From NCBI GenBank assembly GCA_036676495.1, contig JAKFCT010000029.1, positions 80,051-144,050 on the forward strand: DNA of 64,000 nucleotides, given 5' to 3'. The position numbers and the translations under genes are program-made. Source of the stretch: Candidatus Sericytochromatia bacterium (GTDB lineage: Bacteria > Cyanobacteriota > Sericytochromatia > S15B-MN24 > UBA4093). Below the pieces are notes generated by a model. It was not told where the DNA came from. It was given only the letters and a program-made list of their open reading frames with translations, and did not search any database. Positions 27,661 through 37,513 of this stretch are shown here, piece by piece (the stretch's first letter is position 1; the number at the start of each line of letters is the position of its first letter).

Positions 27661-29490
27661 ATGAGTATCGCTGAAACCCCATCGGGAAAGGGCCGCGTCC
27701 CTGTCACGCCCCCCACCCCTCACCAGCGCCGGGTCGAGATCGCCTCGATCCTCCTCAAGTACGGCTGGGACGCCCTCATCTTCAAGCTCAGCCTCTTCGA
27801 CTTCCTGCCCCCCGGCCTGCGGCAGAAGCTCGCCGTCTCCTCCTTCCTGCGCCAGGAAGCCGAAAATGAAGAGACCGACCTCGACCTCGTCCTGCCCCTG
27901 CCCGCCGTCCTGAGGCAGATCCTCGAAGAGCTGGGCCCCACCTTCGTCAAGCTCGGCCAGGTCCTCTCGACCCGCGCCGACTTGCTCCCGCAGCCTTACA
28001 TCGACGAGCTCGCCAAGCTCCAGGAGCAGGTCTCTCCGGCCCCCTGGACCGAGATGGAAGCCGTCATCCTCGGCGAGTACAACGCCCGCCACGCCCAGCC
28101 GGCGCGCTCGGTCTACGACATCTTCCCCGAGTTCGACACCATCCCGCTGGCCGCCGGATCCCTCGGACAGGTCTACAAGGCCAAGATCCGCGATCCCAAG
28201 GGCGAGATGGTCTCGGCCATCATCAAGGTCCTGCGGCCCGGCATCGAACACGTCATCGAGGCCGACATCGCCGTCCTCCTGGATTTTGCCCGCCTGCTCA
28301 CCACCCGGACCAACTGGGGCAAGTGGAACAACATCTCCGGCCTCGCCGAGGAATTCTCGAACATCATCCGCAACGAGACCGACTTCACCCTCGAAGCCGC
28401 CAATACCGAGACCATCGGCCGCAACCTCCACCGCGACTACGGCTCCCTGGTCCGCACCCCCACCGTCTTCTGGGAGTACACCACCCGCCGCGTCATGGCC
28501 ATCGAGTTCATGCACGGCGCCAAGGTCTCCGCCCTCTTCCCCCGCAAGAACGGCGAGGATCCCCCGATCTCCCTGACGCTGCCCCAGCGGCAGCGCATCG
28601 CCCAGAACCTCACCGTCGCCTTCCTGCGCCAGATCTTCGTCGACGGGTTCTTCCACGCCGATCCCCACCCCGGAAACGTCATGTTCCAGTTCCGGGACGG
28701 GGACCTCAACGCCATGCCCACGCTCGTGCTGATCGACTTCGGCATGGTCGGCCGCCTGGACCCGCGCTCCCGCGAGATCCTGATCGACTTCCTGCTCGCG
28801 ATGATCCAGTTCGACGCCGCCCGCGCCACCGACCGGATCCTCGAGTACGGCCATCCCCAGGCCCCCATCGACAAGCAGCGCCTCACCATCGAGCTCGACC
28901 ACGTCATGCGCGAGTTCCTGGGCAAGCCGGTCGGCGAAGTGCAGATCGGGAAACTGTTGCAGCGGGTCATGGACCTCATGATCCAGTACCGAGTCCGGAT
29001 GCCAACCTCGTTCCTCATGATCGCCCGCGTCCTCGTGACCACCGAGGGCATCTGCCGGCAGCTCGATAAAGACTACATGCTGATCAACGTCGCGGAGCCC
29101 TTCATCCGGACCATGGTCCAGCGCCAGTTCACCTCCATGATGAGCGCCCAGGAAATGATGCGCATCGCGGTGGACTGGAAGAACTTGCTGCTGAAGACCC
29201 CCCGCCGGATCGACGACCTCTTGGCGGCCGCCAACTCCGGACAATTGCGCATCGAGTACGAGGTCCGCAATCTGGCCCGCCTGGAGCGGACCCTCACGGT
29301 CATCGGCAACAAGGTGGCCTTCAGCCTCCTGACCGCAGCCCTGATCATGGGGGCGGCCTTGCTGGCCCCCATCCCCTCCGGCCCCCATATCATGGGCTTC
29401 CACGCCCTCAGCTTCTTCACCTTCGTCATGGGAGGAGTTCTCGGCCTCTGGCTGTTGATCTCCATCCTGCGCTCCGGCCAGCTCAAGTAG
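27661..29490 (+). CDS. ABC1/UbiB-family atypical kinase
   Basis: LEELGPTFVKLGQVLSTRADLLP, AAGSLGQVY, FFHADPHPGN, IDFGMVG; two C-terminal TM helices. Confidence 0.93.
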   Translation: MSIAETPSGKGRVPVTPPTPHQRRVEIASILLKYGWDALIFKLSLFDFLPPGLRQKLAVSSFLRQEAENEETDLDLVLPLPAVLRQILEELGPTFVKLGQVLSTRADLLPQPYIDELAKLQEQVSPAPWTEMEAVILGEYNARHAQPARSVYDIFPEFDTIPLAAGSLGQVYKAKIRDPKGEMVSAIIKVLRPGIEHVIEADIAVLLDFARLLTTRTNWGKWNNISGLAEEFSNIIRNETDFTLEAANTETIGRNLHRDYGSLVRTPTVFWEYTTRRVMAIEFMHGAKVSALFPRKNGEDPPISLTLPQRQRIAQNLTVAFLRQIFVDGFFHADPHPGNVMFQFRDGDLNAMPTLVLIDFGMVGRLDPRSREILIDFLLAMIQFDAARATDRILEYGHPQAPIDKQRLTIELDHVMREFLGKPVGEVQIGKLLQRVMDLMIQYRVRMPTSFLMIARVLVTTEGICRQLDKDYMLINVAEPFIRTMVQRQFTSMMSAQEMMRIAVDWKNLLLKTPRRIDDLLAAANSGQLRIEYEVRNLARLERTLTVIGNKVAFSLLTAALIMGAALLAPIPSGPHIMGFHALSFFTFVMGGVLGLWLLISILRSGQLK

Positions 29491-29546
29491 ACCCCGTGCC
29501 CACGGCTTACCGTTAGCATCCGCGACGCGTCCATAGGAGGATCCCC

Positions 29547-30584
29547 GTGCCTGTCACCGACCTGCAGATCCCCGGCGACTTCACCCTGGCGGCCAAGCTC
29601 TACCTCCCCGCATCCGCCCCCAAGCCTCATCCTGGCATCGTCCTGGCCCATGGCTACCTCTCCTCCAAGGAAGAGTTCCTGGAGTTCCCGCATCGTCTCG
29701 CGCAAGCCGGCTACGCGGTCCTGACCTTCGACTTCCGCGGCCACGGCGCCAGCGCCGGTGAACGCGGCTACTACACCGAAGCCTCCCACCTCGACGACCT
29801 CAGCCGCGCCGTGGAGACCCTGAAGGGCCATCCCGACATCGATCCCAGCCGCCTCTTCCTGCTGGGCTTCAGCGTCGGCAACTTCTCCACGCTCCGGATG
29901 CTGGCAGAGCACGGCGAATCCTTCCTCGGAGGCATCGCCGTGGCCCCGCCGGCCCAGCTGCGGCAGGTCACGAAACCGATCGAGTTCATCCTTTACGAGG
30001 GGGCGTACCGGCTGGTCGCCAGGCCGCTACACCAGCTTTTCGGCGTCCACCTGCGGGTGCCTTACCAGTTCAAGGTCGAGGATTGCTTCCACGCGCCGGG
30101 AGCCGTCGCGCATGCCAAGGCCCTGCTCGACCTCCAGACCCAGATGCCCGTCACCAACTTCCCCTACCTGGGAGGAGGAGCCGACAACGTCCGCGTAGCC
30201 GCCCAGGTGACGCGCCCCATGCTGGTCGCGGTGGGCAGCGAGGACGCGGTCATCCTCAACCCGCAATCCCGCGAGGTCTACGAGGCTCTGGCCTCGGAAG
30301 ACAAGCAGTGGGTGCGCTTCGTGGGCTCCGGCCACAACCTCATGGGGGACGCCCAGGGCGAGGAGTTCGCGAAGATGGTGATCGACTGGATGGACCCGCT
30401 CGCCAAACCGGAAGCCCATGCACCGGAAACCAGCGAGCCGGCGACCGGAGGGTCGGAGACAGGCGAGCCAACGACCGCCGGTTCGAAGTCCCGCAAGCCG
30501 AAAGCCGGCAAATCGGAAGCCGACAAGCCGCACACCGGCGAGCCGGAGGCCACGGGTGAAAAGACCGTTCCCGCGGAGGCCTGA
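29547..30584 (+). CDS. Alpha/beta hydrolase
   Basis: VLAHG, FDFRGHGAS, nucleophile elbow GFSVG, GSGH; low-complexity C-terminal tail. Confidence 0.88.
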   Translation: MPVTDLQIPGDFTLAAKLYLPASAPKPHPGIVLAHGYLSSKEEFLEFPHRLAQAGYAVLTFDFRGHGASAGERGYYTEASHLDDLSRAVETLKGHPDIDPSRLFLLGFSVGNFSTLRMLAEHGESFLGGIAVAPPAQLRQVTKPIEFILYEGAYRLVARPLHQLFGVHLRVPYQFKVEDCFHAPGAVAHAKALLDLQTQMPVTNFPYLGGGADNVRVAAQVTRPMLVAVGSEDAVILNPQSREVYEALASEDKQWVRFVGSGHNLMGDAQGEEFAKMVIDWMDPLAKPEAHAPETSEPATGGSETGEPTTAGSKSRKPKAGKSEADKPHTGEPEATGEKTVPAEA

Positions 30585-30857
30585 ATGAAGCGGGCGCATC
30601 TCTGGGTCTCGGGGCGGGTGCAGGGAGTCTTCTTCCGGCAGTCCACCGAGACCCGCGCACGCGAGCTCGGCCTGGGAGGCTGGGTGCGCAACCTCCCGGA
30701 CGGCCGGGTCGAGGCGATCGCCGAAGGGGACGCCGACGCGCTCGAGCGCTGGATCGCGTTCTGCCGGGTCGGCCCTCCCGCCGCGCAGGTCGCGCACGTC
30801 GACCTCCACTGGGAAGCCCCCACCGGGGAGTTCACGGGCTTCGAGACCCGGCGCTAG
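30585..30857 (+). CDS. acyP: Acylphosphatase
   Basis: [23 protein letters not shown]. Confidence 0.95.
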   Translation: MKRAHLWVSGRVQGVFFRQSTETRARELGLGGWVRNLPDGRVEAIAEGDADALERWIAFCRVGPPAAQVAHVDLHWEAPTGEFTGFETRR

Positions 30858-31026
30858 CGCCCGTTCACACGGCTTAACCGTCCGTGCCGAGCCGGGCACG
30901 GCAGCCGTTTCCGCTCGCATGCCCGGTCCTAGAAGCCGGCTGAAACCCCCGTCCCGCTGTTGTTTGAGGCATCATCGTCCGCTAAGATCCGGGTGTTAAC
31001 GAGGATTTGAGAGGAGAACGACTTAG

Positions 31027-31581
31027 ATGCCCATTCGTCGCATGGCCTTGGCCGGGATGGTGGCCGCATTTGGCGCGGGAGCCTGGTTCGTCACCGAGCG
31101 CGGCCCGGAAGCCATCGCCCACGTCAGCACCGAGGCGGCAAAGACCGTCAAGAGCGAGTCCATCAAGGCGATCATGACCCGGAAGGGGCTCTCGGTCGCG
31201 GAGCAGGACGCCCTCATGGGGCGGTTGAAGACCCAGTACCCGAAGGTCGCCCAGACGATCGACGGGTGGACGCCGGTGACCGCCGAGAAGCTGGAAGCGC
31301 TGAACACGGCGTACCAGTCGCTGAGCCCCGCGGAGCGTCAGGCGATCGCCACGGACGTCAGCGCCTGGCAGCAGCAGGTCTGGAAGAAGTACCCGTCGAT
31401 CCGACAGGCCTGGAGCTCCGGCGGAGCCGAGCGCGAGACGCGGGTGGCCGAGAACATCCTGGAGCTCGCCGCCACCGATCGCGCGCAGCTCGATACGAGC
31501 GTCTCGGGCCTCTGGAGCCGGATCTCCGCCCGCAATCCCGGCTGGGCCGCCCAAGTCGACGCCATCCTGAGCGCCAAGTAA
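31027..31581 (+). CDS. Hypothetical exported or membrane-anchored helical protein
   Basis: GAGGAG RBS, N-terminal hydrophobic segment, high-GC3 codons, own terminator. Confidence 0.7.
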   Translation: MPIRRMALAGMVAAFGAGAWFVTERGPEAIAHVSTEAAKTVKSESIKAIMTRKGLSVAEQDALMGRLKTQYPKVAQTIDGWTPVTAEKLEALNTAYQSLSPAERQAIATDVSAWQQQVWKKYPSIRQAWSSGGAERETRVAENILELAATDRAQLDTSVSGLWSRISARNPGWAAQVDAILSAK

Positions 31582-31595
31582 CCCCGAACTCCAGT

Positions 31596-31626
31596 AAGGA
31601 GGCCCCGGCATGGGGGCCTCCTTTTT
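31596..31626 (+). terminator. Rho-independent terminator
   Basis: AAGGAGGCCCC-ggcatg-GGGGCCTCCTT plus T tract. Confidence 0.85.
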
Positions 31627-31669
31627 CATGCCGGGATCAGGCGTCGGGGACGCGAGGACGTCGGGGGGC

Positions 31670-32962
31670 TCAGCCGGCCAGGTAGTCGAGGACGGCCTGG
31701 ACGATCACCTGAACGCCCACGGGCAGGGCGTCCTCGTCGATATCGAACTGAGGGTGGTGATGCGGCTTGTCGAGCCCCTTCGAGGGGTTGGCCGAGCCAA
31801 TCAGGAAGTAGCAGCCGGGCACCTCGCGCTGGAAGTAGGCCATGTCCTCGGCGCCCATGGTGGCGGCAGCCGTGACCACGTGCTCGGCCCCCAGCACCCG
31901 TTCGGCGGCCCCGCGAACCAGGTCGCTCATCTCCGGGGCATTGACGAGCACCGGGTACTGGTAGCGGTACTCCAGGCGGGCCGTGGCGCCGAAGGCCATG
32001 GCGACGCCCTCGATCAGCTGGGTGATCCGGCGGGGCATCTCAGCGCGCAGCGCTTCGTTGAAGGTACGGACCGTCCCCGACATGTGCGCCGTCTGGGCGA
32101 TGACGTTATGCGCCGAGCCCGAGACGATCTTGCCCACCGAGAGGACGGCCGATTCGAGCGGGGAGATCTGGCGGGAGACGATGCTTTGAAGGGCGGTGAG
32201 GACGTGAGCGGCCACGACCACGGCATCCACCCCGAGGTGCGGATCGGCGGCGTGGGTGCCCTGGCCCTCGATGACGATCTCGAACTCGTCGGACGAGGCC
32301 ATCAAAGGTCCGGAGCGGACCCCGATCACTCCCACCGGCAGCTCGTTCCAGATATGGAAGCCGATAGCGGCGTCCACCCGAGGGTTCGACAGGACGCCTT
32401 CCTCGATCATGAGGTCGGCGCCTCCCGGACCTTCCTCGGCGGGCTGGAAGACGAACTTGAGGTTGCCGGGAAGCATGTCCCTTTGCTCCGCCAGGACCCG
32501 GATGGCCGTGAGCAGCATCGCCATGTGGGCGTCGTGACCGCAAGCATGCATGACTCCCGGGTTGCGGGAGCGGTAGGAGACGTCATTCTGCTCGTCCAGG
32601 GGCAGCGCATCGATGTCGGCCCTTACCAGCAGCGTCTTTCCCTCGGTGGCTCCCGCTGGTTTCCGGCCTCCGCGCAGCAGACCCACCACTCCGGTCTTGG
32701 CGATGCCGGTCTGGACCTCGAGGCCCATGGCGTGAAGCTCGGAGGCGATCCGCGCGGCAGTGTGGACCTCGCGGAAGCTCAGCTCCGGCCAGCGATGGAA
32801 GTCGCGCCGGCATGCCACCAGATCCGCGTTCAGCGCCGACACGCGCTCATGCAAGCTTGCCGGCGTCAGCGGGCTGGAAAGCGCGCTTTCCTCCGGGGCT
32901 TGCAAGGGGGAAGGGGGCGGGGATAACGTCTCGGCGGTCTGGGGCTGGCGGATCATGTCCAT
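31670..32962 (-). CDS. M20D-family amidohydrolase
   Basis: RRDFHRWPELSF, RADIDAL, MHACGHDAH, FQPAEEG, GAEDM, HHHPQF. Confidence 0.93.
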   Translation of the reverse strand: MDMIRQPQTAETLSPPPSPLQAPEESALSSPLTPASLHERVSALNADLVACRRDFHRWPELSFREVHTAARIASELHAMGLEVQTGIAKTGVVGLLRGGRKPAGATEGKTLLVRADIDALPLDEQNDVSYRSRNPGVMHACGHDAHMAMLLTAIRVLAEQRDMLPGNLKFVFQPAEEGPGGADLMIEEGVLSNPRVDAAIGFHIWNELPVGVIGVRSGPLMASSDEFEIVIEGQGTHAADPHLGVDAVVVAAHVLTALQSIVSRQISPLESAVLSVGKIVSGSAHNVIAQTAHMSGTVRTFNEALRAEMPRRITQLIEGVAMAFGATARLEYRYQYPVLVNAPEMSDLVRGAAERVLGAEHVVTAAATMGAEDMAYFQREVPGCYFLIGSANPSKGLDKPHHHPQFDIDEDALPVGVQVIVQAVLDYLAG

Positions 32963-33124
32963 GCGGGGAGCCTTCTTTCTTCCGGAATCGGCGACCCGAG
33001 CCCGGTGGGGCGGACGCCATCCGTATTATTCCCGGATCCGAAGCCGTTGAATGGGGTTGCTCGGGCGGCTCGGGCGGGTTTTTCGTTAGGGGCGTCCCCC
33101 GCGGCGGGTAGAACTAGCATGGGA

Positions 33125-33320
33125 AGCGCCCGCGGCTGTTTCGTAAGGCAGCGTAGCTGACCTGTAGAAACGACCGGCTTTGAATCGCGGCTGTTTCGAA
33201 GCACCAGCGGCTTTTGAAGTAAAGCGTAGCTGACCGGTAGAAACGACCGACTCGGGATCGCGGCGGTTTCGGAGCGCCAGCGGCTTTAGTAGTAAAGCGT
33301 AGCTGACCCGTAGAAACGAC
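33125..33320 (+). repeat. Three degenerate tandem units (start-to-start 55 and 73 bp) with hairpin potential
   Basis: CGCGGC(T/G)GTTTCG at 33131, 33186 and 33259; AGCGTAGCTGACCnGTAGAAACGAC three times. Confidence 0.85.
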
Positions 33321-33341
33321 GTTAGCGAGGGAGGCCCAGCT

Positions 33342-34271
33342 GTGGTCCGCAAGCTCACCTCATCATCGCCTAATCTACCGCCCGGCCCTGTGGGGCCCGG
33401 CCCTCTGGGGCCTGCTCGGGCTCCGGTGAAGGTCGCGCCGGTGGGGCCCGTCAGCCCCGCTCCGAGCGCGCCCGCGCCGCCGCGTCGCACTCCCTCGGGG
33501 GAAGCCGCGTGGATGGCCGAGCTCATGTTCGAGGCGGGCTTCGATCCGACCTTGCGCGGGGGGTCGAGCGAGTCCGGGGCGGCGTCGAGCGCGGATCCCT
33601 CGGGCGGCTTCACGCGTTCGCAGTTGCTGGGAGCCGAGGGGCCTCAGGCTGCCGGCGGGGCCCCGGTGGCGGAAGGTCAGCTCATTCGCACTCCGGAGCA
33701 GTTCCGCGAGACCCTCGGTTACCTCTTCGACCCCAAGCGGGACGCGGCGATCGCCACCATGGAGCGCGAGGCCATCCTGCGGGCCTCCCGCGAGGTCTGG
33801 GATCCGCGCAAACCCGAGACCAACCGCCGGATCGCCTATGAGTTCATGCGGTACTTCGTCCCGGCCCTGGGGGAAGCTTACGGCTTCAAGCCGGCCCCGG
33901 TCGAGTTCAACACGGCCATGGCCGCGGGCTACAATGGCCTCTACGATCACAAGGCCTACAAGGTCTACCTTCCCGAGGGGCTGCTTCAGGGCTCCTTCGC
34001 GACCTTCGTCGAGATCCTGGTGCATGAGCAGATGCACTGCCTGCAGGAAGGGATGATCGGCCGGCTCTACCTCAACAAGGGCCAGCCCTTGAGCCATGAG
34101 GAGCGGGCGATCGCCACCTACTGGATGAACGAGCGCCCGAAGTACCGCTCGGCGATGGCCAACGGCTCCCAGATGAGCCCCGAGACCCGCAAGCGCTACA
34201 ACGCCATCGGCCAGGAGTACCATTCGATCACGACGGGCAAGCACGTGGCGGAGCGCTTCTCGCGTTCCTGA
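33342..34271 (+). CDS. Hypothetical protein with HExxH zincin-like motif
   Basis: GTG after GAGGGAGG; Pro-rich N-terminus; YNGLY...KVYL...ILVHEQMHCLQE. Confidence 0.7.
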   Translation: MVRKLTSSSPNLPPGPVGPGPLGPARAPVKVAPVGPVSPAPSAPAPPRRTPSGEAAWMAELMFEAGFDPTLRGGSSESGAASSADPSGGFTRSQLLGAEGPQAAGGAPVAEGQLIRTPEQFRETLGYLFDPKRDAAIATMEREAILRASREVWDPRKPETNRRIAYEFMRYFVPALGEAYGFKPAPVEFNTAMAAGYNGLYDHKAYKVYLPEGLLQGSFATFVEILVHEQMHCLQEGMIGRLYLNKGQPLSHEERAIATYWMNERPKYRSAMANGSQMSPETRKRYNAIGQEYHSITTGKHVAERFSRS

Positions 34272-34324
34272 GCAGGTGTTCCCGCGGACCAGACCGCTTA
34301 GCGCGATCGCCTTGCAGCAGGCCA

Positions 34325-34408
34325 GTGGCGCGGGCGTCCCTGCCTGTGGCGCGGGCGTCCCTGCCTGTGGCGCGGGCGTCCCTGCCTGTGGCGCGGGCGT
34401 CCCTGCCC
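34325..34408 (+). repeat. Tandem repeat, 4 x 21 bp (GTGGCGCGGGCGTCCCTGCCT), REP-like
   Basis: Direct reading: three exact copies plus a fourth differing at the last base; intergenic. Confidence 0.95.
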
Positions 34409-34446
34409 GCGGTATGATGGGGCATCCCAACCGAGAGGACGCTCCC

Positions 34447-35691
34447 ATGCTCGACCATCAGCCCCAAGCTTCCCTCCGACTCCCGGTGCTCGCCCTGGCC
34501 GTGGCGGGCCTCCTCGGCGTGGCCGCCCCGGCCCATGCCCAGGGAATGGGAACCGAGCCTCAGGCCAAGGGGCTCAACGTCAAGGCCATCGTCGAGCTGG
34601 GGAACGTGCCGCGCTCACAGCTGACGATTCCCGACTTCAAGCTGATCGAGACCCACCTCACCGGCCGGATCCCGGCGCTCACGGCCAGCTTCGAGCAGCA
34701 GCTGGCCCCGGAGGTGACCGGAGTCATCTCGGGATCCTTGCGCCAGGAGTTTTACCAGGCCCTCAGTTACCCGGATCTCTACCAGGCGGAGCTCGAACGA
34801 ATCCAGTGGCGCCAGGCGGGGGGCATCGGGCTCAGCCCGCTTTACGTGCCCATGCTGGAAGACGCCTACGTCAACCTCAACGACGCGGCGCGCAACGGCT
34901 TCCTGCGCGTGGGGCAGTTCGAGCTTCCCTTCAGCTACCGGACGTCGTCCTACGAGCCGCCCTTGCCCGTAGCCCCGGTGCCGACTCCTGTCACCGAGTT
35001 CCTCTCGGCGCAGGGAGCGGGGATCTACCAGGGGTCGAGCTTCGGGCATTGGCGGGACATCGGGACCATGCTCCAGTGGCAGAGCGGCGCGGTGGGCTAC
35101 GCGACCGGCCTGGTGAACGGGTCGGGCCCGAACCGCATGGACGACAACGGGGCCAAGGACGTGTTCTTGCGGGTGGACTACCGGGCGTCGGAGTCCGACG
35201 AGATCGGCCTGAGCATGCTCTGGGGCAATGAGATCGCGTACCCGGGGGGCTTCACGCAGCCCGGCAGCCCGACCGAGCGGCGGCGCTACGGGTTGCATGC
35301 CCGCTTCAAGGCGGGGGATTCCGTGGCGCTCTTCGAGTACCTCCTGGATCAGCGGCTCGGGCTCGAATCCTTGCCTCGGCAGGGCTGGTACCTGGATCTC
35401 TCCCAGGTGACGGGGCCCACGAGCAACATCTACCTCCAGTACTCGGCCTTCGGGGACGCCAACGCGGCCGGGGGAAGGAACTACGAGGCCAAGCAGACCA
35501 CGCTGGGCGGCATGCAGCAGCTCTGGGAAGGTACGAACCTGCGCCTTGAGGGCCTCTGGCGCTGGGAGACGGCGACCGGGGTCTCGGCGAGCTACGGCCG
35601 CTACCTCGCCACCATGGAGTTCGCCCTGGGCGGGGGCAGCGCGGCGTCGGATCGGCGTATGATCCCCCCGGCACCTCGCATGGCGCCCTGA
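34447..35691 (+). CDS. Outer-membrane beta-barrel porin (OprO/OprP-like)
   Basis: Signal peptide ending APAHA; EDAYVN, LRVGQFELPF, RDIG, NGSG..RMDDNGAKD. True start 34447 lies after the repeat. Confidence 0.7.
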   Translation: MLDHQPQASLRLPVLALAVAGLLGVAAPAHAQGMGTEPQAKGLNVKAIVELGNVPRSQLTIPDFKLIETHLTGRIPALTASFEQQLAPEVTGVISGSLRQEFYQALSYPDLYQAELERIQWRQAGGIGLSPLYVPMLEDAYVNLNDAARNGFLRVGQFELPFSYRTSSYEPPLPVAPVPTPVTEFLSAQGAGIYQGSSFGHWRDIGTMLQWQSGAVGYATGLVNGSGPNRMDDNGAKDVFLRVDYRASESDEIGLSMLWGNEIAYPGGFTQPGSPTERRRYGLHARFKAGDSVALFEYLLDQRLGLESLPRQGWYLDLSQVTGPTSNIYLQYSAFGDANAAGGRNYEAKQTTLGGMQQLWEGTNLRLEGLWRWETATGVSASYGRYLATMEFALGGGSAASDRRMIPPAPRMAP

Positions 35692-35713
35692 TCGAGACGC
35701 CAGGGCGCCATGC
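35678..35713. terminator. Hairpin overlapping the porin stop codon
   Basis: GCATGGCGCCCTG...CAGGGCGCCATGC, 13-bp stem, no U tract. Confidence 0.45.
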
Positions 35714-35786
35714 AAGTCGTGTAAGATGGTGGAGCGCCCGCGGCTTCGACGAAGGAACGCGAAGCTCTCGATAGAACTGCAACCGA

Positions 35787-36392
35787 GTGATGATCGACTT
35801 ACCGTCCATTCATGCCGCCACGGTCATCCTGGCCTCGGCGTCTCCGCGCCGCCAGGAGCTCTTGCGCCAGGTGGGCATTCCCTTCGTGGTGGATCCCAGC
35901 ACGGCCCAGGAGACGATCCAGCCGGACTGGACGATTCCGGAGATCGCGCAGCGGCTGGCGGAGCGCAAGGCCTTCGATGTGGCGACGCGGCATCCCGAGG
36001 CGGACGTCGTGATCGGCGCGGACACGGTGGTGGTCCTCGGGGACGAGGTGCTCGGCAAGCCCGTGGATGCCGAGGATGCCCGTCGGATGCTCAAGCAGTT
36101 GAGCGGGCGGAGTCACGCGGTCTACACGGGTTACGCGCTGGTGGCGCCGAAGCTGTCGCGCTCGGTTTCGGGGGCTGCGTGTACGCAGGTGCGCTTCCGG
36201 GTACTGGACGACGGGGAGATCGCGCGTTACGTGGCCTCGGAAGAGCCCATGGACAAGGCGGGATCCTATGCCATCCAGGGTCTGGCGTCGCTGTTCGTGG
36301 ATGGGATCGAGGGCGACTACTTCAACATCGTCGGATTGCCAATAGCTCAGGTCAACCTAGCCTTGCGGCAATTGGGGTGGCAGGTTATATAG
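35787..36392 (+). CDS. maf: Maf/YhdE nucleotide pyrophosphatase
   Basis: ILASASPRRQELL, IGADTVV, LGKP, DKAGSYAIQG, NIVGLP. Confidence 0.95.
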   Translation: MMIDLPSIHAATVILASASPRRQELLRQVGIPFVVDPSTAQETIQPDWTIPEIAQRLAERKAFDVATRHPEADVVIGADTVVVLGDEVLGKPVDAEDARRMLKQLSGRSHAVYTGYALVAPKLSRSVSGAACTQVRFRVLDDGEIARYVASEEPMDKAGSYAIQGLASLFVDGIEGDYFNIVGLPIAQVNLALRQLGWQVI

Positions 36393-36486
36393 AAGGTGCA
36401 AGCATCCCTGGGGAAACGCGGCTTCCATCATCTGTCTAGGGTTCCGCAGCCCGGTTCAGCGACCAAGAGGAGAGTGAGTTTCAATT

Positions 36487-37509
36487 ATGTTCTTCAGCCG
36501 TTTCAGTCGGGACATGGGCATCGACCTCGGGACCGCCAACACGCTGGTATTCGTCCGCGGCAAGGGCGTCGTCCTGAGCGAGCCCTCGGTCGTGGCCATT
36601 CAGCAGAACAACCGTAGCGTGGCCCTCGCCGTGGGCGAGGAAGCCAAGCAGATGCTGGGCCGTACGCCCGGCAACATCGTGGCCATCCGCCCGTTGATGG
36701 ACGGCGTCATCGCCGACTTCGACGTCGCCGAGCAGATGCTGAAGCACTTCATCCAGAAGGTGCATGAGCGCCAGGGCGTCTTCAAGCCGCGCATGGTGAT
36801 CGGCATTCCGTCGGGCGTGACGGGCGTCGAGCGGCGCGCGGTCATGGATGCCGCCCTGCAGGCGGGCGCCCGCGAGGTCTACCTGATCGAGGAGCCCATG
36901 GCGGCCGCCATCGGGGCGGGCCTTCCGGTCTCGGATCCCACCGGCTCGATGATCGTGGACATCGGCGGCGGCACCACCGAGGTGGCGGTCATCAGCTTGG
37001 GCGGCGTGGTGGTTTCGCGCTCGGTCCGCATCGCGGGCGACGAGCTGACCGACGCCATCGTGCAGTTCCTCAAGAAGCAGCACAACCTCTCAATCGGCGA
37101 GCGCACGGCCGAGGACATCAAGATCCGCCTCGGCTCGGCCTACCCGCGTGGCGAGGAGCGCTCCATGGAAGTGCGCGGCCTCAACATGGTCTCGGGCCTG
37201 CCCCGCACGGTGATCGTGACCTCCTCCGAGGTGCGCGAGGCCCTGCAGGAGCCGGTGACGGCCATCGTGGACGCCGTGCGCGACACGCTGGAGAAGACGC
37301 CTCCCGAGCTGGCGGCGGACATCATCGACCGGGGCATCGTGCTCGCGGGCGGCGGCGCCTTGCTGCAGGGCCTGGACGAGCTGATCTCCCATGATACCGA
37401 GATGCCGGTGCATGTGGCCGACGAGCCCCTCAACTGCGTCGCCCTGGGAACGGGCCGCGTCCTCGAGGAGTTCGGCACGCTGAAGCGGGTGCTCGGCACC
37501 TCGTCCTAG
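36487..37509 (+). CDS. mreB: Rod shape-determining protein MreB
   Basis: [37 protein letters not shown]. Confidence 0.98.
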   Translation: MFFSRFSRDMGIDLGTANTLVFVRGKGVVLSEPSVVAIQQNNRSVALAVGEEAKQMLGRTPGNIVAIRPLMDGVIADFDVAEQMLKHFIQKVHERQGVFKPRMVIGIPSGVTGVERRAVMDAALQAGAREVYLIEEPMAAAIGAGLPVSDPTGSMIVDIGGGTTEVAVISLGGVVVSRSVRIAGDELTDAIVQFLKKQHNLSIGERTAEDIKIRLGSAYPRGEERSMEVRGLNMVSGLPRTVIVTSSEVREALQEPVTAIVDAVRDTLEKTPPELAADIIDRGIVLAGGGALLQGLDELISHDTEMPVHVADEPLNCVALGTGRVLEEFGTLKRVLGTSS

Positions 37510-37513
37510 ACCC

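Noticed and set aside
30860-30960. Further copy of the bipartite AGCGCC..GGCT motif
   Set aside because: Only fragments, without consistent spacing.
33138-33320. CRISPR array (units begin GTTTC and end GAAAC)
   Set aside because: Unit lengths differ (34 vs 52 bp), the two 21-bp 'spacers' resemble each other, and there are no cas genes in the window.
33150-33320. Hammerhead ribozyme (CUGA...GAAAC) or integron attC sites
   Set aside because: The core reads CUGACCnG, not CUGAnGA, with no stem II or stem I pairing; no RYYYAAC inverse core or integrase for attC.
34276-34446. N-terminal CGAGVPA protein repeat of the porin ORF, or a CRISPR
   Set aside because: It is a translated non-coding 21-bp tandem repeat with no spacers; the signal peptide and RBS point to ATG 34447.
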